DNA from: Takakia lepidozioides
Lineage: Eukaryota; Plantae; Bryophyta
Direction of reading: 5' to 3'
Assembly (NCBI GenBank): GCA_030704615.1
Contig: CM060733.1
Coordinates: 3,844,001-3,908,000 of the forward strand
DNA: 64,000 nt
Under the pieces are notes generated by a model. The model was not told the origin of the DNA, did not search any database, and was given only the letters and a program-made list of their open reading frames with translations. Within the stretch, counting starts at the first letter, position 1; the number at the start of each line of letters is the position of its first letter. Position numbers and translations under genes: made by a program. This document shows positions 1 to 13,655 of the stretch, one piece after another.

Positions 1-355
1 AGAGACAGCCAGAATCACCAGCACTTGTGGTCCAACCCAGAACCAACACAACGGCGCGACGCTTTCAAAATGGTAGCCTACCCAAACCTCCAACAGCCCC
101 AAACCCAATTCAAACGAAGCCCCCGAACTACCGAGAAAAATCCTCCCAACCCCGCAGTGAGAAGAAAACACGAACGAACCCCGGGAACAGAACGACAACA
201 CAACAAATGCAAACCAGCTTCTTCCAAGCCCACCAAAATGCGAGAACAAAGCCCCACCTTCGCAGAGTGCGAGTCAGGACTAGAACACACAAAACTGCAG
301 CCCCCAGCGATCTGTGCAGAGAAACTGCAATTGCGCGCAGCGAGGCTTTATAGCA
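1..355 (-). promoter_or_regulatory. Probable TATA box and 5'UTR/first intron of a minus-strand gene extending off the window
   Basis: GCTATAAAGCC on the minus strand at about 345-355, followed by GT/T-rich leader-like sequence. No convincing coding signal. Confidence 0.35.
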
Positions 356-2667
356 GTGCGGATGTGTCAGCTGACTCCCGACTCCTCTCCTTCCCCTTCT
401 TTCCTTTCTCTAATACTTCCTTCAGGCGCTTTATATTCCCCCAACCAACAGTCTCAGGCGCTGAGCGTCGTCGATACTGAAAATCAGCGGTTCAGATCTC
501 CTTCGGTCTCTGGAATTTCCAGAATACTCGAAGGTTCATTTTCTGGGGGCCCCATTAGGCAATAATTAGAGCAGACACTGTAATTAGAGCTCTATCTATC
601 TATCCTTGGAAACTGGGTCGTCTCTCTCGTCTGACGACCCTTGCCAGTCTTTTGACTACTGTGGTTTATATGTGGCGGCTCTTTGTCTCCTGCACTCATC
701 AGCTCATGACACTCTCTTCCTGTTCATATTCCCTCCCGCCTCTCTGTGGGTCTCTTTGCTGGCCTGGGATTTGCATTGACACTAACTTGGACAGAAAAAA
801 AGAGGTGCGTTGCTGCTCAGTTGGTCACTGCATGTGGTCACGACTTTTTTGCAGCCTTTCAGTAATATAGTGGTCTCTACAAGGTCTCTCGATCTGCATG
901 CTATCACTCAGGGTTGTTTTCAGAAACATGTCTGGGACGTTACAGTCATCTGCACCTATTTCACAACACCAAGTCATATAAACATCTGCATTTCTGTGAT
1001 CCGGAACAATCATCCCTCTAAGTTGTGCGAGTTCGCCGTCACCGAAGTTTACGAGATATGATTGACGTCCGGCCAGTACTTACATGATCGTTTACAATTC
1101 TTTGAGTCTTTGGGCCCACAAGGACGTACAGCTATCTCGCATCATATAATTTCGAGAGGCTCAACTTGGTTCCGAGTTGGAGTACCCATGTCTACGAAGT
1201 ATGAAACAGAAGTAAAGAGCTTGCAGGCCTGACGCTCAGACAAGTTGGCCTGCCAGGAGTCCATTGCTGCATTCATGTGAGGAGAATTGCTTCCAAATTA
1301 CTTCCAAAACGACTGATACTTAAGCTATCTATGAACTGTAGACTCTTGGAATGGGATTGTGACCGTGTGTAACCACAGGAAGGCTGGCTAACATCACACT
1401 GCTGTGCTGCGTAAAAGTGCTCGCCTCTATGCGAATTGCAACTTTGGAGTGGGACCCTTCACAGATTTTTCACTGAATGTTCGAACACAATTAGCATAGT
1501 CAAGTACATTCCATCTGGATTCTTTTTCTGTTTCTTAAGTAGCATTGCGCACTTCATGTTTCATTTGACCATAACCGACAGAGCAACACGTAAACAACAT
1601 TTGTCAGAAGAAAGATATTTTTGCGGCCTTGAAGCTCTCAAAATTCACGCGATCCTTCGTCTTTCTCTCCACGGGATATAATTACCGCATTGACGACAGC
1701 TACAGCAATGATGATGGCGATTATGAAGCCTAATCTGCGAGAATGTGAAATCATCAGCAGTCAACAAAGTTACAAACAAAGTGAGTATCTAGTATCCCCC
1801 ATCTGCTTGTGGGAACAACACGGCCATGAGTCTCTCAAGAGGTCTGAAGCTCGAATCTCTTGCCTTGGCATGACATGAGCTCAATGGAAGATGTTCCTCT
1901 TGACGAGGAGGAGACTTTTGTGGGGTTCTTGTCCGTTACAGTGAGAAAGTCAGCGAAATGTTGTAGAAAAGCAGGAGTTGGGTCCCTGTGGGGGAAATGT
2001 TTTAGGGGTTTTTGGTGATGGCTCGATGGACGGGTGGACCCGGTCTGGTGGGCTCCAGAAGCAACGGAGAAAGGTTGTTTTCACGAAGCCTCGGTGCCTT
2101 CGTGGCATGTTTGCATCTTCAGTTCCATTTTTGACAAGCGCATAGTGATATGATCTGGGGAGGAAGGCTTGGATCTGTGATCCGGCCGTTTGTGGAACGC
2201 AGGGGAATCTGCTCAAGTGTGTTTGGAAAGATGTGGGTAAGCTACAGAAGCACGCTAAAGTGAGCCAAGCGGTGGAGGGCGTCGTGAGGTCGTTGTTGGT
2301 TCAAACGTAGGAGTCTTGGAGCTCACGTCTAACTGCCTACTAAGATTTAACTGTCAGAAAAATTCGGTGTCTACCTCAATTATGTAGCTCCCGATCAGAG
2401 TCTATCATCACCTGTTCTGAGTGAGAGTGATTCCGGCTGATCAACAAAAATGAAGTGCGGTAGCCAGCCGTTTGTTGGCAGTTCTTCGAATCTGTGTGTC
2501 TCGCCGTTCCTCCATCATTCTCCGGATCCTTTCGTACCTCTTTTCCTTTTGATAGACACAGCTTTGCTCGACAGGTAGCTACTTTTCAAAGAGACGTGAA
2601 GTTTTACTGATCGACAGAGGGTGAGAAGCTTGCGTGTTCTTCTGTTCGACAGCAGAGAGCTGGATGT

Positions 2668-5600
2668 ATGAACCAAAGAAGATCAGGAACGGGGCAGGTT
2701 TTTGTGATGGAGCTCTCGAGGGCGAGACAGCTGAAGAACATGAGACATTATTGGTTCACAATTGTCTTTACAGCAATTGTGGTGGGGAAGCTGTGGATCC
2801 GTGGATGTGCAGGGGAATGCACAAGCAACAGCTCATTGGTTGGATTCACAGCAGATCTGAGCATGGTGCAACACCAACTGCGCGGTTCTGTTCACATTGT
2901 CGATGACTGCACTTTTACGGTAAGCAGTGAGATTGTGCTTCTCCTATTTGCGGATGGAAAATCTATCAAGCCCTGATGGCGCTGCAAAATATAAACTGTT
3001 TTCTGGATTAAAATCAGCTGGCATTTAGAAATATTGATGCATTGAACTAATAACTCAAATGATTAGTAGTCCATCACTGAGTTTTACCGGTAACAGCCAG
3101 CCAAATCGAGGTGGGTGGTTTACGAACTGGCAGATGAGGGTATCATTATGGGCCTTTCTTGCTCTCTGGGAAAATTAATGAGAGGGAATTGGCATTGCAG
3201 ACCCAGGCTTAAAGTGATAGCACACAGATCTATTGCAGTAAGCACTACCTTCTGAACTCCGATTTGAGTTCACTGCACAGCATGGCTGTGTCCATTCTTG
3301 CTCCCTTGCCATTGTCATCTTTGATTTGGGGTTGAGACTGGTGCAGCATCTGGCAAGGTCCCCTCACCATTTTAATCTCCTTGGAAAGGAGGGCTTATCA
3401 CTGGGTTTATTCCTATTACACATCAATGGGATGGTAGTGTAGGCTGCCTCATAGAAGGAGTGGCTGTTGCTATCAGAGCACTTGTCCACTCCAGGGGCTA
3501 CTACATCTTGCTTGTAAATTGGAGAGGTCCTGAGGGTACTCAGATATACAACCTGCACCAAACCCGAAACTCCTAAATGGGTGGAGAGCACATTTGCTAC
3601 TGCAGTAAATGTTATGGTTAGGTTTCGATAAGGGGTGATTCCAGATTATGTCTAGGGTTTATGGATGGCTACTGAGTTGATAATTGGGTACATCCTACAG
3701 AGTATATCTGGGTTTATGATTGCCTGTTGAGTCGATGATGAGTGTATCTATCAACTTGAAGCTAGCACATCTCATCCATGGCTTAGGCATGGTTGAATGC
3801 CATGACTACCACCTTCAAACAGGTCCACGGCCAGCAGCAAATCCAACCTTCTTTTCATTGATTCTAGCAAACAGTGGACTCTGTGGAGTAAATATGGGAT
3901 CAGATTAGGCAGGAGACTATTAAGTTGAAGACTGGACAAACTTCAATGCATAAATCAACTCTGTGTATGGTGATGTGAAAGTGTAAGAGAATGCATCACT
4001 TCAGAAATTGGGGTTGACATGCAGGTAACAAGATTTGACATGCTTGAAGGGGTGGAGGTGTATTGGTGGAAGGCCCTTGGTGATGATTTTGATAGCCTCA
4101 TGAGTGGACAGCCTGTTTCAAAAGATACACTGACTGGAACTTTCCTCAATGCTACTTTGGAGGTAATTCATTCCCCCTTATCTTCATTGTTCACAGAACT
4201 TAAATAGTGCTACTTCGGAGGTAATTTATTGCACTAAACCGTCATGGTCCTCAGAAGTTGGATCGCAGCTTGCAGAATGCTCCTGTGGTTGGGATGTTGA
4301 AATGGATTTTTTAAGCTCAACTACTGAACTTGGTTTGGCTGCAGGTCACACTGCAGGGTTTTACGTGGGATGACTTGAAAGTTCTGAGCGTTTGGGATAA
4401 AGCCACTGCATCCAATTTTGGTCACATTGTTCTGCAGCCTGTCAGCATTGCCCTGCCTCCTGAGAGCGGCAATCAAGTAGCTCTTGGTCCTCCTCCTCGT
4501 TCGGGTCCAAGCACAGGTCCTGGAGTTGCTCCCAGCCCTTCCTTTTCATTGTCTGAGACTCCTCCTGCCCCACCTCCGCGGCAACCTTTACAGAAAGTGG
4601 GCCAGTGGCAGCCAACTATGTTTGATAACTGTGTTGCATTGACTCGTTTGTTCCGAGTGCGATGGACTCTCAATGTGGTACCAGGAACCGTGGATATTGG
4701 GCTGGAATTTGCACTGACTAAAACTCAGTACATGGCATTTGGATGGGCAAAGCCTGGAAGTACTGAGGGTTTCATGCTTTACTCCGATGTGGTGATTGCT
4801 GGAATTGATGACAAGGTCAGTTCCTTATTTAAGTAGGTAGAATGCTCCAACCACTGATAGAAGTTGGTATTAGATATTGCAACACTTTGTGATGGTGGCT
4901 TTCAGAGGGGTTTTGGAAAGGTGATATTCAAGACAATCTCTGCCTTGCTATGAACTAGCTGCCTCTTATGGGAAATCTTACAGCCCAAGGGTCAAAGTTA
5001 CTTTGGGTGGGTGGTCTGTTAGCTAAAATTGGTCATAGCAGATAAATCTTCACATGCAATGGAGCCTTTGTATTTAAAGGGATCATTATTTCATGCTTTT
5101 CACTTCTTTTCCACTTAATGTTGGGGATACAGTCTCCATAGGATGGCAACAGGAGTGGAGGTCTTGTCTGTAATTGTGGGAACAAGCAACCTTTAGACTG
5201 TGATAAATAACTAGGGGAGTTCTTATGAGAATATGATTCGATCACTATTGTGCAGTGGAAAGGGGTCCCCTTTGAAGAGATCCAGTTCATTCTCATGCAG
5301 TTCTGGTTGGTTCCGTTGATGCTTTATTGATGTACATGAATGTGTTTGTAGCCCTACAAGATGCTAGACTAGACTCTGCCGCCTGCAAAGGAATAAGTTA
5401 TGCAACATATCAACGTGCAGGGTGTTCCAATTTCAGAGGACTACTACATCAGTGCGTACATGGAATGTAATTGGGACACTGTTAATCCAGCTGGTGTTTG
5501 CCCCGACTCTTTTTTCGCGGGTAGTAAAAATGTCGGCTTGAACAACTCACAGATGGTATATGGACGACAAGTGGATGGTACTAGCAAAGACCTTACTCTG

Positions 5601-8600
5601 ATTGTATGAAATTTTCTTCACTTGTTAAACTAGTCACCCATGTAATTATCTAAAATGCTCACTAGGTTCTTACCTGTATTAATCTTACATCACCGTGGTG
5701 CCCCTCTGTTTGTGTAGGAATCACTCTTGTACGGTATCGGAGGCCCTTGGAAAGTGGAGATGTTAAATATGATGTCACCATAAACACAACAAAGAGTATG
5801 ACTGTGGTGTGGGCAATGGGTTCGTTAAAACCAGCTGACAGCTCAAGGGCACAGTTCACTCCCCAGAACCATGGAAGCCCAATGGGGGTCAAATATGGTT
5901 ATATGAACCTGACAATTGGCCAGCCAGTAGACCAATGTCTAGGTCCATTGGCTGCTTCAAATGCCTCACAAGGAAACATCGTAGTTGCGGATCGCGGCAC
6001 GTCACTACAGGTTACAGCAGATATCTCTTTGGAGTACCCAAATCCGCCAAATCCTAAAAAGGTGTTGTACATCAATCAGAAGGAATCACCAATTCTGAAG
6101 GTAGAACGAGGGGTACCTGTCACGTTTTTGGTTGAAGCTGGGCATGATGTGTCACTTTACATAACATCAGATCCCATCGGAGGTCATACAGGCAAAAATG
6201 AGACAATTTTTGCTGGTGGTGCGGATGCGCATGGAGTTCAAACAACTCCTCATTCCCTCACTTGGCTTCCAGATCGCAGCACACCGGATGAGGTGTTCTA
6301 CCAGGTGCAGTGACCTGAGCCTGGTTTCCTTTTCATTTCTTTGTTTCTTATGGGTTTGTGTCCAATGATCTCGTTGGGCTTTCCATGGACAGGATGAAGC
6401 TCTTTCCTTGGTATTTCTGGAAAGAGATTTGTGGTCACAGCTGGGGACCGGCATCTGAAAAGAGTCACTGAATATTTAAGCCTTGTTTTCACATGGTTGT
6501 CAAGATTCTTATTTCATTTACAACCTTGTTTTCACATGATTGTAAGATTAGTATTTCATTTACAGCCTTGTTTCACCGGAATTCTCTTCGACTCTTACGG
6601 TTCTATGTTGAAAGATGGAAGTTCTATTCTTCCCTGGTATGCAGGGATATTACCAACGTAAAATGGGATGGAAGGTGCAAGTTGTGGATGGAGGACTCTC
6701 AGACATGTACAACACCAGTGCTCCTCTTGCAGATAATGAAGTAAGCTGTGTGGCTATGTAGTGGTTTGTACGAATCAGGGAGCAATTGCTCCATCACCAG
6801 CACACACACAGACGAAAGAATGTCAGAGACGAAAAAGAAAAAACAGAAAAGAAAGAACACTTCTACATGCTTCTGTTACTAATCTGATTAATTGAGTCTT
6901 GATGTTACTGAAGATGATCTGTTGCAGATAGTTTTTTTCTTTTTCACTTTTTGTTTTTTCTGGTCTCTGTTTTTCTTTTCTTTGCTGTTTGTTACTGGTC
7001 ACTTTAAACACTCCCTTTTTACGGACTTCCCAGGTAACTCTCTTCTGGACCTCGACAAGCTCTGATGTCTACTTTGCTGTTCGTGGGGAGCGCAAGAGTG
7101 GATATCTTGCAATTGCTTTTGGCAGGTTTGTATGATTTTGTGCATGTTGATCAAGTTCTGCACTTGTGGTGGAGTACACCTGTTTCCTTGTTTTCTACCC
7201 ATATTCCTGTGTACATCAAAAGGTTTGTTTTTCTTTTCAATGCTTAATCACACCCACCATCTCAATACTCACTGATTTTGAAACATTTTGGGTGCCATAA
7301 GATGATACTTGAACCTTGGGTGTCAATCTAAGTTCGGAGTCAATCTTGGGTGTCAATCTAAGTTCGGAGTGAACAAATTGCAGTGGAATGGTGAATGCTT
7401 TTGCCTATGTGGGCTGGATTGATGGCCAAGGTGTTGGTCACATTAGCACCTACTGGATTGATGACAAGGATGCATCTGGAATCCACCCCACAGCAGAGGA
7501 GCTCTCAAACAAAAAATGTGAGCGGCAGGATGGTATAATCACATTTGAGTTCAGCCGGCCACTGCAGCCAGTCTGCAAAACGGGAAAGGAATGCAAGAAT
7601 GTCATGGATCCTGCCAGTGCTATGAAAATGGTTTGGGCCATGGGGGACGAGTGGTCAGGTAGCTCTCATTCCCCTATCTGAATTTTAAGCCTGGACCAAT
7701 TTATGCCAGTTCATGCTAGCTCATGTACTGAAACACAGATCTGGATTGTCATTGTGGCAGACCAATTGACAAATGGAAATATACATACCCTCTCAAGCAG
7801 TACACCCACGTTAATCTACTTGGCCAATGGGGCTGCTAAGGTGGAGCAGCTACAACCCGTCTTGGCGGTATGGCTCCTTCTCAGTTCAGTAACTTCACAT
7901 GAGTACAATCTACATCATCAAAAAGGACTTCTACGTTTGATGGTTTCTTGGTTCTTTCTTTAAAAAGTAGAAGGGCTTAGATCTACAAGCTCTTCATCAA
8001 CCACTGGCCTTAACATCATTCTATTCATTATAAAAAGAGCGCGTGCAATTTCACGCTCTCATTATACCCTTCATCTTCCGCCTACAGCACTGGGTGGTTG
8101 CTCCCATTGTGCTCTCCTCTTGGTCCTTGCACCTCTTCCCCCTTTCCTGCCGAGTGTGGACCAGAGGAGGGATCCATGGTAACACGGCTTCGGTAAGAAA
8201 AGTTTTATAAAGAAACTTCTGCAGCTTCTCCTTTTGCCAATTTAAGTTTGTCTAGACTGTATTTGGAGCAAAACCCTTTCGACCTCCACTTCATCCATTT
8301 CTGTATTTTCTCACGCACATATACACCAATTGGTCTGAAACAGTTCTCAAGGTCCTCTCTGTGCACATGGCTGTGACTCTTAAGTAGGGAAAAGCGCCTA
8401 CCACAACTCCTGAATTGGGGACATTGATGCTGCAGGTACATGGGTTCATGATGTTCTTGGCATGGGGGATGTTCTTACCTGGGGGAGTGCTGGCTGCAAG
8501 ATATATGAAGCATGTCGATCAGAAAGGATGGTTGCAGTAAGTGGCCTACACCTGAAATACCATGGTTAGGACGTTAGGACTCAGGTTGATATTCCAGGGA

Positions 8601-10891
8601 ACTTTGCGGCACCACATGCTCCCAATGGCGAGAGGTCCCTGGTAGACACAAACTATATAAGCTTGTTATGGACCCATTGAAATGTTTTTCTGTCGCTGGG
8701 AGAGGGATATCAACAGGCGGCTACCTTTACAATATGGTCAGTCTCACATGCATATGAGATAAGAGTAAAGCTTAAGTTTGCACAGCATTGTTAGCATTGA
8801 TAGCATTGTGCTCGCATGGCTTACCTCATTTTAACCTGTAACCATGTCCATAGTACTTATCAAACCTGAAATGGTAATTCGTAGGGTAGGTCTGAAAATA
8901 AATACTCCCATGATTGAAGGCAGAATCTACGTCACTCCAGCAGTTAAGAGACAGTAACAGCTCATCTTGATCAGGTCAACCGCAGGGTCCATATGTGTGT
9001 GAGGAACAGTGTGGGTGGGGGGGGTCACTTCACCATGTTGTCTGCGCACCAACCAGCCTGCCAACATGGGGGTGAGTCTTTATCCCCACATCTTGCTGCT
9101 TGAGGACACAGTGAGAGCTGTGCTCCACCTTAACTGGCATTAATGGACACCCTACAATGAAATCCTCTCTTGATGGTCATTCCAGAAAAAAATGGCCAGT
9201 TCATTGAGATCTCAGCTCACACTTGTACAAGTGTCCATCTTACAAGTTATCCAAATACGCTGCTGTCTTTCATCAGATATGTTCGAGAAGGGCTTGGCAA
9301 GGCAACCCTTTAAGGGACTTGTTGCCTGGTTGTATGCTGGCTGAAACTCAAAGCTCCACGTTTTTGGTACAGTACACAAACTTACACACATTGGATGTTT
9401 CAGGATTCATATATACGCGCAGTCTTCAGCGATTGCAGTCACAGTACTTGGGCTCCTTTTTGCCATAGCCGAACTTCGTGGGTATATTTTTCTTTTCATC
9501 ATCATCTCTTTTTCCCAATTGGTCCAATTCACCAGTTGCCACGTGTCTTAGATGTAGGTTCATTCATACTCAGATAAGGAGCCTCAATGTCTTTGAAGAC
9601 CTACTTGGATGCTGATAGTTTACAGGAGAGCAGGAATGTTCTTGTCTGCAACATGACACTTACCAGACACTGATCCATAAGATGGTATTGTGAAAGGTGA
9701 GGGAGGTAGTGAATGGGGCAGTGATGCACGATCTATTGTCTACTGAGAGCTTCAATCACACCAAAATATATATATATATGGTTGTGCAGGTTGAACACCG
9801 GGAATGCACACATGAAACTAGGTATCACGAGCTTTTTGTTAGCCTGCATGCAAGCCAGCAATGGCTTCTTACGACCAAAGAAACTACCACCAGGAGAGCC
9901 TGAACGATTGCAACGGGTTGTATGGCGGTATATTCACTTGTAAGTTGTCTTTTTCGAAGACCAAATATCTCAGTATGATGTTGATCATCCACTTTGATTG
10001 AGATGACCCCATAAGCATGGAAGTTTGATATGAACAGCTTCTATTATGGTTTGTCTTGTCTATTTATACTTCCATCTTCATTGCCTCTTTTCCTAAGTGT
10101 TCCTGTTGCTTCCAGAGCAATTGGTCCGCAAATTCTCTTCTGTCTTATGCATTCATTGAAGTATCTCAAAAGTATTCTTCTGGTCTTGATCCAGTCAAGA
10201 GTTACCTGTTGCAGTCAATTCTCAAAATTAAATCTTCATTTTGTCCTTAAAAGAGTGGTAGTTCTCTGTTCTACCTCTGGGATCATTTTGGTTAGGTTTG
10301 GACAGAAGAATCTGTAGCACGGTAAAAGGAAAAATTAATTGGGACTGGAATGGGCTGGGTGGCTGTTTTCATACAGATATTCAGGGCGAGGAGCATTGCT
10401 CCTAGGATTTATTACACTTTTTACAGGCATTGGACAATTAGGAGATAGAAATGGGCTCGAGCACGTTAGAAGCTTGCAGGGGGCACTGTCTGCATGGTTC
10501 CTAGCAATTGTAGCCATAGCTGGCTACATCGAATTCCAAGACTCCTGGATCAGGTCCATTACGGCGTCCTCTGTTGTCTTCCTCTTTATCATTTTTTCAT
10601 GCTTTAATATCATCTTATATTTTACGATACTTCAAATTACTGAAATGTAAAAGCTTACAGCAGTGCGTCGGACACCTTACAGTGCTTCGAACTCTCACAG
10701 AATTGTCATCATGATTTTCTGTCAACAGGGGGCATCAATATAAGAGTGCTCAAGCTGCATTTGAAGGTCAGATCATTGGTGAGGAAGAAGACGACTCAGC
10801 TGATTTGCTGCCACCAATTCGGGACCCTTTTTTGAGGCAAAACTCCAAAGCTGAAGCGCGGGGTATGGAAGTCCAATTGGAAGCATTTTAG
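2668..10891 (+). CDS. Cytochrome b561, DM13 and DOMON domain-containing protein (At5g54830-like), 14 coding exons
   Basis: Manually spliced GT-AG exons: 2668(or a later ATG)-2919, 4025-4162, 4345-4815, 5421-5577, 5718-6304, 6645-6740, 7034-7125, 7384-7658, 7761-7867, 8436-8536, 9404-9481, 9790-9939, 10377-10553, 10729-10891. They give a signal peptide, DM13 (MVQHQLRG..VDDCTF), DOMON1 (YMAFGWA..MLYSDVVIAG), YPNPPNPKKVLYINQKE, KMGWKVQVVDGGLSDMYN, DOMON2 (KSGYLAIAFGSGMVNAFAYVGW) and cytochrome b561 (VHGFMMFLAWG..GVLAARYMKH; HMKLG), ending ..MEVQLEAF*. Confidence 0.92.
7315..7372 (+). repeat. 30-bp tandem duplication in an intron
   Basis: CTTGGGTGTCAATCTAAGTTCGGAGT occurs twice in tandem. A similar ~42-bp tandem duplication is at 6480-6575. 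Confidence 0.85.
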
Positions 10892-11904
10892 GTCAGACTT
10901 CCTAATCAGTCAGATTGATCAGGCATCATTCTCACCCCACATTCTGGTGCGTGGAACTTCTTAGGTGGTTTCCAGTGTTAAATCAGATGTGTGCTTGTTG
11001 ACTCACAAGTAGAGACCTGATAGAGAAAGCTTACCATGTACGGGAATTTAGGACAATTGACTAGTCGTTGGTCACTGGTCTGAGTTGTAGTTCATTGTAC
11101 TACCAGGTATTGAGCACTTAGCCCCAGCCAGAGATATTTGTTGAATCCACCTGGTTGCCTTAGATGCAGAATCACTAGTGTAAGATGGTAGCAACAGGAG
11201 ATTTGTAGTACAATCGTTTTCTTATCTATTCATTGTGAAGGCCTTAGATAGCACCTCTGTCAGAGGTTTTTCTTGCACCTCCCCACTTGCCAATCAATGG
11301 TAGTTGATATTGTGGGGGGCACCCTCATTTTGGGGTTGTATAATGTGCTCTAGACATGATACACGCATTGTCAAGTCACTGGATGAATTATCGTTCATCT
11401 TATAGATCCAAGATTCATCAGCATAGGTGCTACCAAGGTCATACTTGCTGAGAATTGATGAAAAGAAGAACCCAGTATGTTTTGACAGGGGGGAAAAACA
11501 GAAGTAGGTTGTCTTTCTGATATGACACCAGTGAAAATCGTGTCATTTGTTGTTTGCCATAACAACTTTATGATCACTAGTGTTAGCTGCGATGTGCAAA
11601 CCAGACAGGAAAGAGAAGGAACTATTTTCTAGAGCCAATGCCACTTGTTTGCTCGTAGCTATTTGACAAGCAGGTTGCAGTTTTAGTCTCAGACTCAGTT
11701 GAATGTTCTCTCAAAGTCTGGCGTCTTTTGAGGGAGAGATCAGTATCTTTAATGAAGAACTGGATTCCCACTATTGACTTGTCATCATGTCATGAACATG
11801 TACACCTATAAATTGTATAGCCCCACGCAACAGCCACAGCCTTGCAGCATTAGATTCCATTGATATCATGACCAACACATAATTTAGAGAATGCACTTGA
11901 TAGG

Positions 11905-11980
11905 ACGTTCCCACACACAGTTTGGGTGGAACAAGAGGGACAGACTACCTTTGTGAGGAGCTCACTCCAGTAGTGGCATA
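11905..11980 (-). repeat. Degenerate 3'-UTR fragment of the same LINE family
   Basis: CAGTTTGGGTGGAACAAGAGGGACAGACTACCTTTGTGAGGAGCTCACTC resembles 39421-39470 and 22278-22320. Confidence 0.55.
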
Positions 11981-12184
11981 TCATGATTTAAGAAAGAGAC
12001 AAGGATGAAGAGAACAGTTCTCGAAAAAGGGTGACAGGCCCTTAAAATTTATGAAAATGCCGCTCATGAGTTTGAGGACATCAAAATTAAGTGTAGTGTG
12101 GAATTTCCCAGAGTCTTCCAGGCTGGAATCCACAGTGGGCGGAACACTTTGGTAGTTGGAACACTGTGATCCATGTGGATGGGC

Positions 12185-12307
12185 GAATTTCCAAGTGGGT
12201 TTTTGGAGTTTCCAAGAGCAATGTTGGGAAATGGATCATACTGTTCCAACATCCACAGTGGGTGGATGGATTGCTCTTGGGAACTCCAAAAACCTACTTG
12301 GAAATTC
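12185..12307. repeat. 38-bp inverted repeat (hairpin)
   Basis: GAATTTCCAAGTGGGTTTTTGGAGTTTCCAAGAGCAAT (12185-12222) pairs with 12270-12307 at 36/38 positions. Confidence 0.85.
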
Positions 12308-13655
12308 TGCAGGAAACCCACAACATACCTCAAATGGATCACTGCCAATGAAATTGTCAGGGAATGTGGGGAAAATTGCCCAAGGGCCATGAATGGTGAT
12401 GGAGGGGATACCGCGCAATCAGCGCCTCCTGCAGCCCCACTGATTCGCTCTTCCCAGTGTCGGGTTGCCTGACCTTCTTAAACTGGGCAAATGAGTTGGG
12501 GTACATAGTAACTACCCTTACGCCTGTAAGGTTCGAAAGATAGGTGAGCCTTCGATTTGCCTTTCCTAAAACTCCTGCCGAGTCTCCAATTAACCTCTGG
12601 TTCTTCGCCCTCGATTGGAGATAACCTCGCACTATGGCAATTGCCAGCATGCAGGGAGGGCATCATTCCATGCACTTCATGATTCGGAAGATCTGGAACG
12701 GATGATGTGTCCCTTACCCTAGGTGTTGTCGAAGCCATTGAGAAGTCCCGCTCACCTTCTTTCTGCACATCTGCAAATAGCTACACCCAGAACCCGCCAA
12801 GCTTTCCCAGCCTCAGACAAAAAGTCTGAGTGAATTCTATAGAATTGCTCTTACACAGGGTTTTTGGCTGTCAAAAATGAAGGAGCAACGCACTTTCCAT
12901 ATAATCCAGAGTGTGTGGGCTGGAAGAGTGGCCCAGACGCTGGAGTATTCGGTATTTGTGCTCAACAAACTAGATTAGTATTTGAAAACAATATACCGGA
13001 TGGAGCAATCCACCGAGCACTCAACAGACTTGTTCCAGCGTTTCTGTTTGCTGTAATGTGCAAATCATGCAGATTGCAGGGTTACCGTGAAGAGGTGCAA
13101 CACAGGAATCGTCCTGTTCAAAATTTTCCGAAGAAAACTACTGATTTTCGCAGCTGTCTTTCATCCATACAGCAGACCAGACAGGATGCCAAATGATAGG
13201 ACAGTCCACCAGACGTCCCACTTCTTCGACCATTTCCTATCCATGCAGTTGTGACGATGGAGCAACGAGTATCTCCAAATCCATTCCCCAGGACCAAATT
13301 GTAGCAGAGCCAGGGGAGCTCCTAAAAAGCAACACAGCATCTGGGATCGATGTGGTAAGTCCAGGGAAGGGGCAGGGTTTACTTCCCCAAAGACCATACA
13401 AAACACTCTGATTGCATACAGAGGGGACTCCACTAAGGACACTCTAGTTGGGGATTGATTTTAAAATTAATGTATGTGCAGAGCTCATCACAATCCTTTT
13501 GCTAGCTAATCAGCTCTGTTTCGAGTCATAAATGAGAAACTTGTCATGAAACTGGCTAGATTACGTTCTCACTAGGAAACTCTACCGTCTACTCTGCACA
13601 CTAAATGGTACAATGTGGTTTTGCAGCCCTATTCAAACGTGGGCACCTCAGCAAA

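Noticed and set aside
25-480. 151-aa and 108-aa plus-strand ORFs at the window start
   Set aside because: Non-ATG starts, low-complexity AC-rich composition and no recognisable motifs. More likely the antisense of a UTR/intron.
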